A DNA stretch of 49,851 nt from an uncultured Desulfobacteraceae bacterium (GTDB lineage: Bacteria; Desulfobacterota; Desulfobacteria; Desulfobacterales; CAZWAE01), in the NCBI GenBank assembly GCA_964631805.1, contig CAZWAE010000004.1, forward strand, positions 9,661 to 59,511, written 5' to 3'. The translations under genes were made by a program, and so were the position numbers. The notes under the pieces were generated by a model. That model ran no database searches and had not been told where the DNA came from. It was given only the letters and a program-made list of their open reading frames with translations. This document shows positions 48,697-49,851 of the stretch, one piece after another. Numbering within the stretch: the first letter of the stretch is position 1; each line of letters opens with the position of its first letter.

Positions 48697-48951
48697 ATGC
48701 TTGAAACAATTCTTGCAGGGAAAACGACTAGTATTTCGGACTTCAAAAAGAATCCGCAGGCGATAATTGATGCTGCCCAAGGTGAATCCATAGCGCTTTT
48801 GAATCGCAACAAAGCGACAGCGTATATTGTATCCCCCGAAGTTTATGAACGACTTTTGGAGACCGCAGAGGACGTGGAACTAGGGCGGATCTACGAAGAG
48901 CGAAAAAGCGAAATCGATAATGCGATAGAGGTAGACATCGATGATTATTAA
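48697..48951 (+). CDS. Phd/YefM (StbD/RelB-like) antitoxin, orphan
   Basis: SISDFKKNP...ALLNRNKATAYIVSPEVYERLLE..ED.EL...EVDIDDY; TTGACA (48629) and TATAAA (48653) promoter upstream. Confidence 0.88.
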   Translation: MLETILAGKTTSISDFKKNPQAIIDAAQGESIALLNRNKATAYIVSPEVYERLLETAEDVELGRIYEERKSEIDNAIEVDIDDY

Positions 48952-48968
48952 AGAATGACCCCGCCTTC

Positions 48969-49637
48969 TTATTTTACCATTTTTATCCTGACTTCTTTTT
49001 TCCGCTCATCAATCCGGTAATCCTTGAAATCAGTGGCCTCGATTATTGATCGTATCTTTTGAATGCGGAGTGGTTTTGCCGGTTGATGGATCTTCAGCCA
49101 TGTGAACAATTTAAAAAAGATTTTTTCATGAAAAGCGAGGGATGCTTTCCATTCTTTTATTCCATGGGCGGAGCCAATCGTAGCCGGATCATAGAACCAG
49201 GCTTGTCTGCCTTTCTTCAATACGCGATATGTTTCTTTAAAAACAACTACCGGTTTTTTAAGGGAATGAAGCATTCCGGTACTGATCACCATATCGAAGC
49301 TATGGTCTTCAAAGCGCAGCCTTGCACAATCTCCAACCGAAAACGTCAGTTGGTGACCAACACCTGCTTTGGTGGCGTTGGCCCGGGCCGCTTTGATCAG
49401 CTTTCGGCTCAGGTCGATTCCAATGATGGTAACGTCAGGCGCCCTTTTGGCAATTTGAACAGGTAGGTGTCCCGGACCTGTCCCCAGATCCAAAATCAGT
49501 CCCTTGTTCATATTCGAGACGATCTCCCCGGCCACCGGACGATAATAACCGTCGATCCCCAGTCTGCTGGCTTTTATGTAAGCAGATGCCAGCAAGCCCG
49601 GGATTCTTTCCATCTTTATCATCTTGGTTGATTGCAT
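48969..49637 (-). CDS. Class I SAM-dependent methyltransferase
   Basis: ILDLGTGPG, GIDLS, GDC..L.FEDHSFDMVIS, YRVLKKG. Confidence 0.9.
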   Translation of the reverse strand: MQSTKMIKMERIPGLLASAYIKASRLGIDGYYRPVAGEIVSNMNKGLILDLGTGPGHLPVQIAKRAPDVTIIGIDLSRKLIKAARANATKAGVGHQLTFSVGDCARLRFEDHSFDMVISTGMLHSLKKPVVVFKETYRVLKKGRQAWFYDPATIGSAHGIKEWKASLAFHEKIFFKLFTWLKIHQPAKPLRIQKIRSIIEATDFKDYRIDERKKEVRIKMVK

Positions 49638-49801
49638 TACCCTGATTTATAAATCTCCGGTTCGTTATCAGCCAATAGTTGGCGTATGGCCGCTGCGATT
49701 TCCCCGGTTGTCCGATGTTTCATTATGAATTTGTGAACCAGCATCCATTTCAACCTTTCACCCGTCCCTCGGGCGTTTCGACCGGTAATTGATATCGTCA
49801 T
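49637..49801 (-). pseudogene. Possible degenerate C-terminal half of a receiver domain
   Basis: 54-aa ORF ...ISITG...KFIMKHRTTGEIAAAIRQLL, similar to the REC C-terminal T..G/(F)xxKP..helix; TAATG overlap with the methyltransferase. Confidence 0.3.
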
Positions 49802-49851
49802 CTTCAAACCAGACTCTATGAAAGCCTATACCAGGTTCCTTTACCTGAACC

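Overview
A ~50 kb bacterial chromosomal window. Gene content (DUF748, DUF1638, heme-c DUF3365 sensor, 2-oxoacid:ferredoxin oxidoreductase) and moderately high GC suggest an anaerobic Desulfobacterales-like deltaproteobacterium; this is inference only. It is mostly single metabolic, transport and regulatory genes mixed with accessory DNA and gene relics. No intact rRNA, tRNA or CRISPR array was seen. Highlights: (1) a LysR regulator split by one in-frame TGA followed by a SECIS-like hairpin, probably a selenocysteine-containing transcription factor with Sec at about the OxyR Cys199 position; (2) a translationally coupled three-gene cassette led by a divergent GHKL/MORC-type ATPase, lying between RelE and Fic relics, a candidate anti-phage system; (3) a 1748-aa exonuclease-RecQ-UvrD double-helicase fusion directly behind an AAA/DUF4143 gene; (4) a second AAA/DUF4143 gene preceded by five 12-bp repeats at an exact 22-bp period; (5) paired TrmB-type operators at an ornithine aminotransferase locus, a frameshifted GluR0-like K+ channel, a split StbD/StbE-like toxin-antitoxin pair and tRNA-derived att-like relics.
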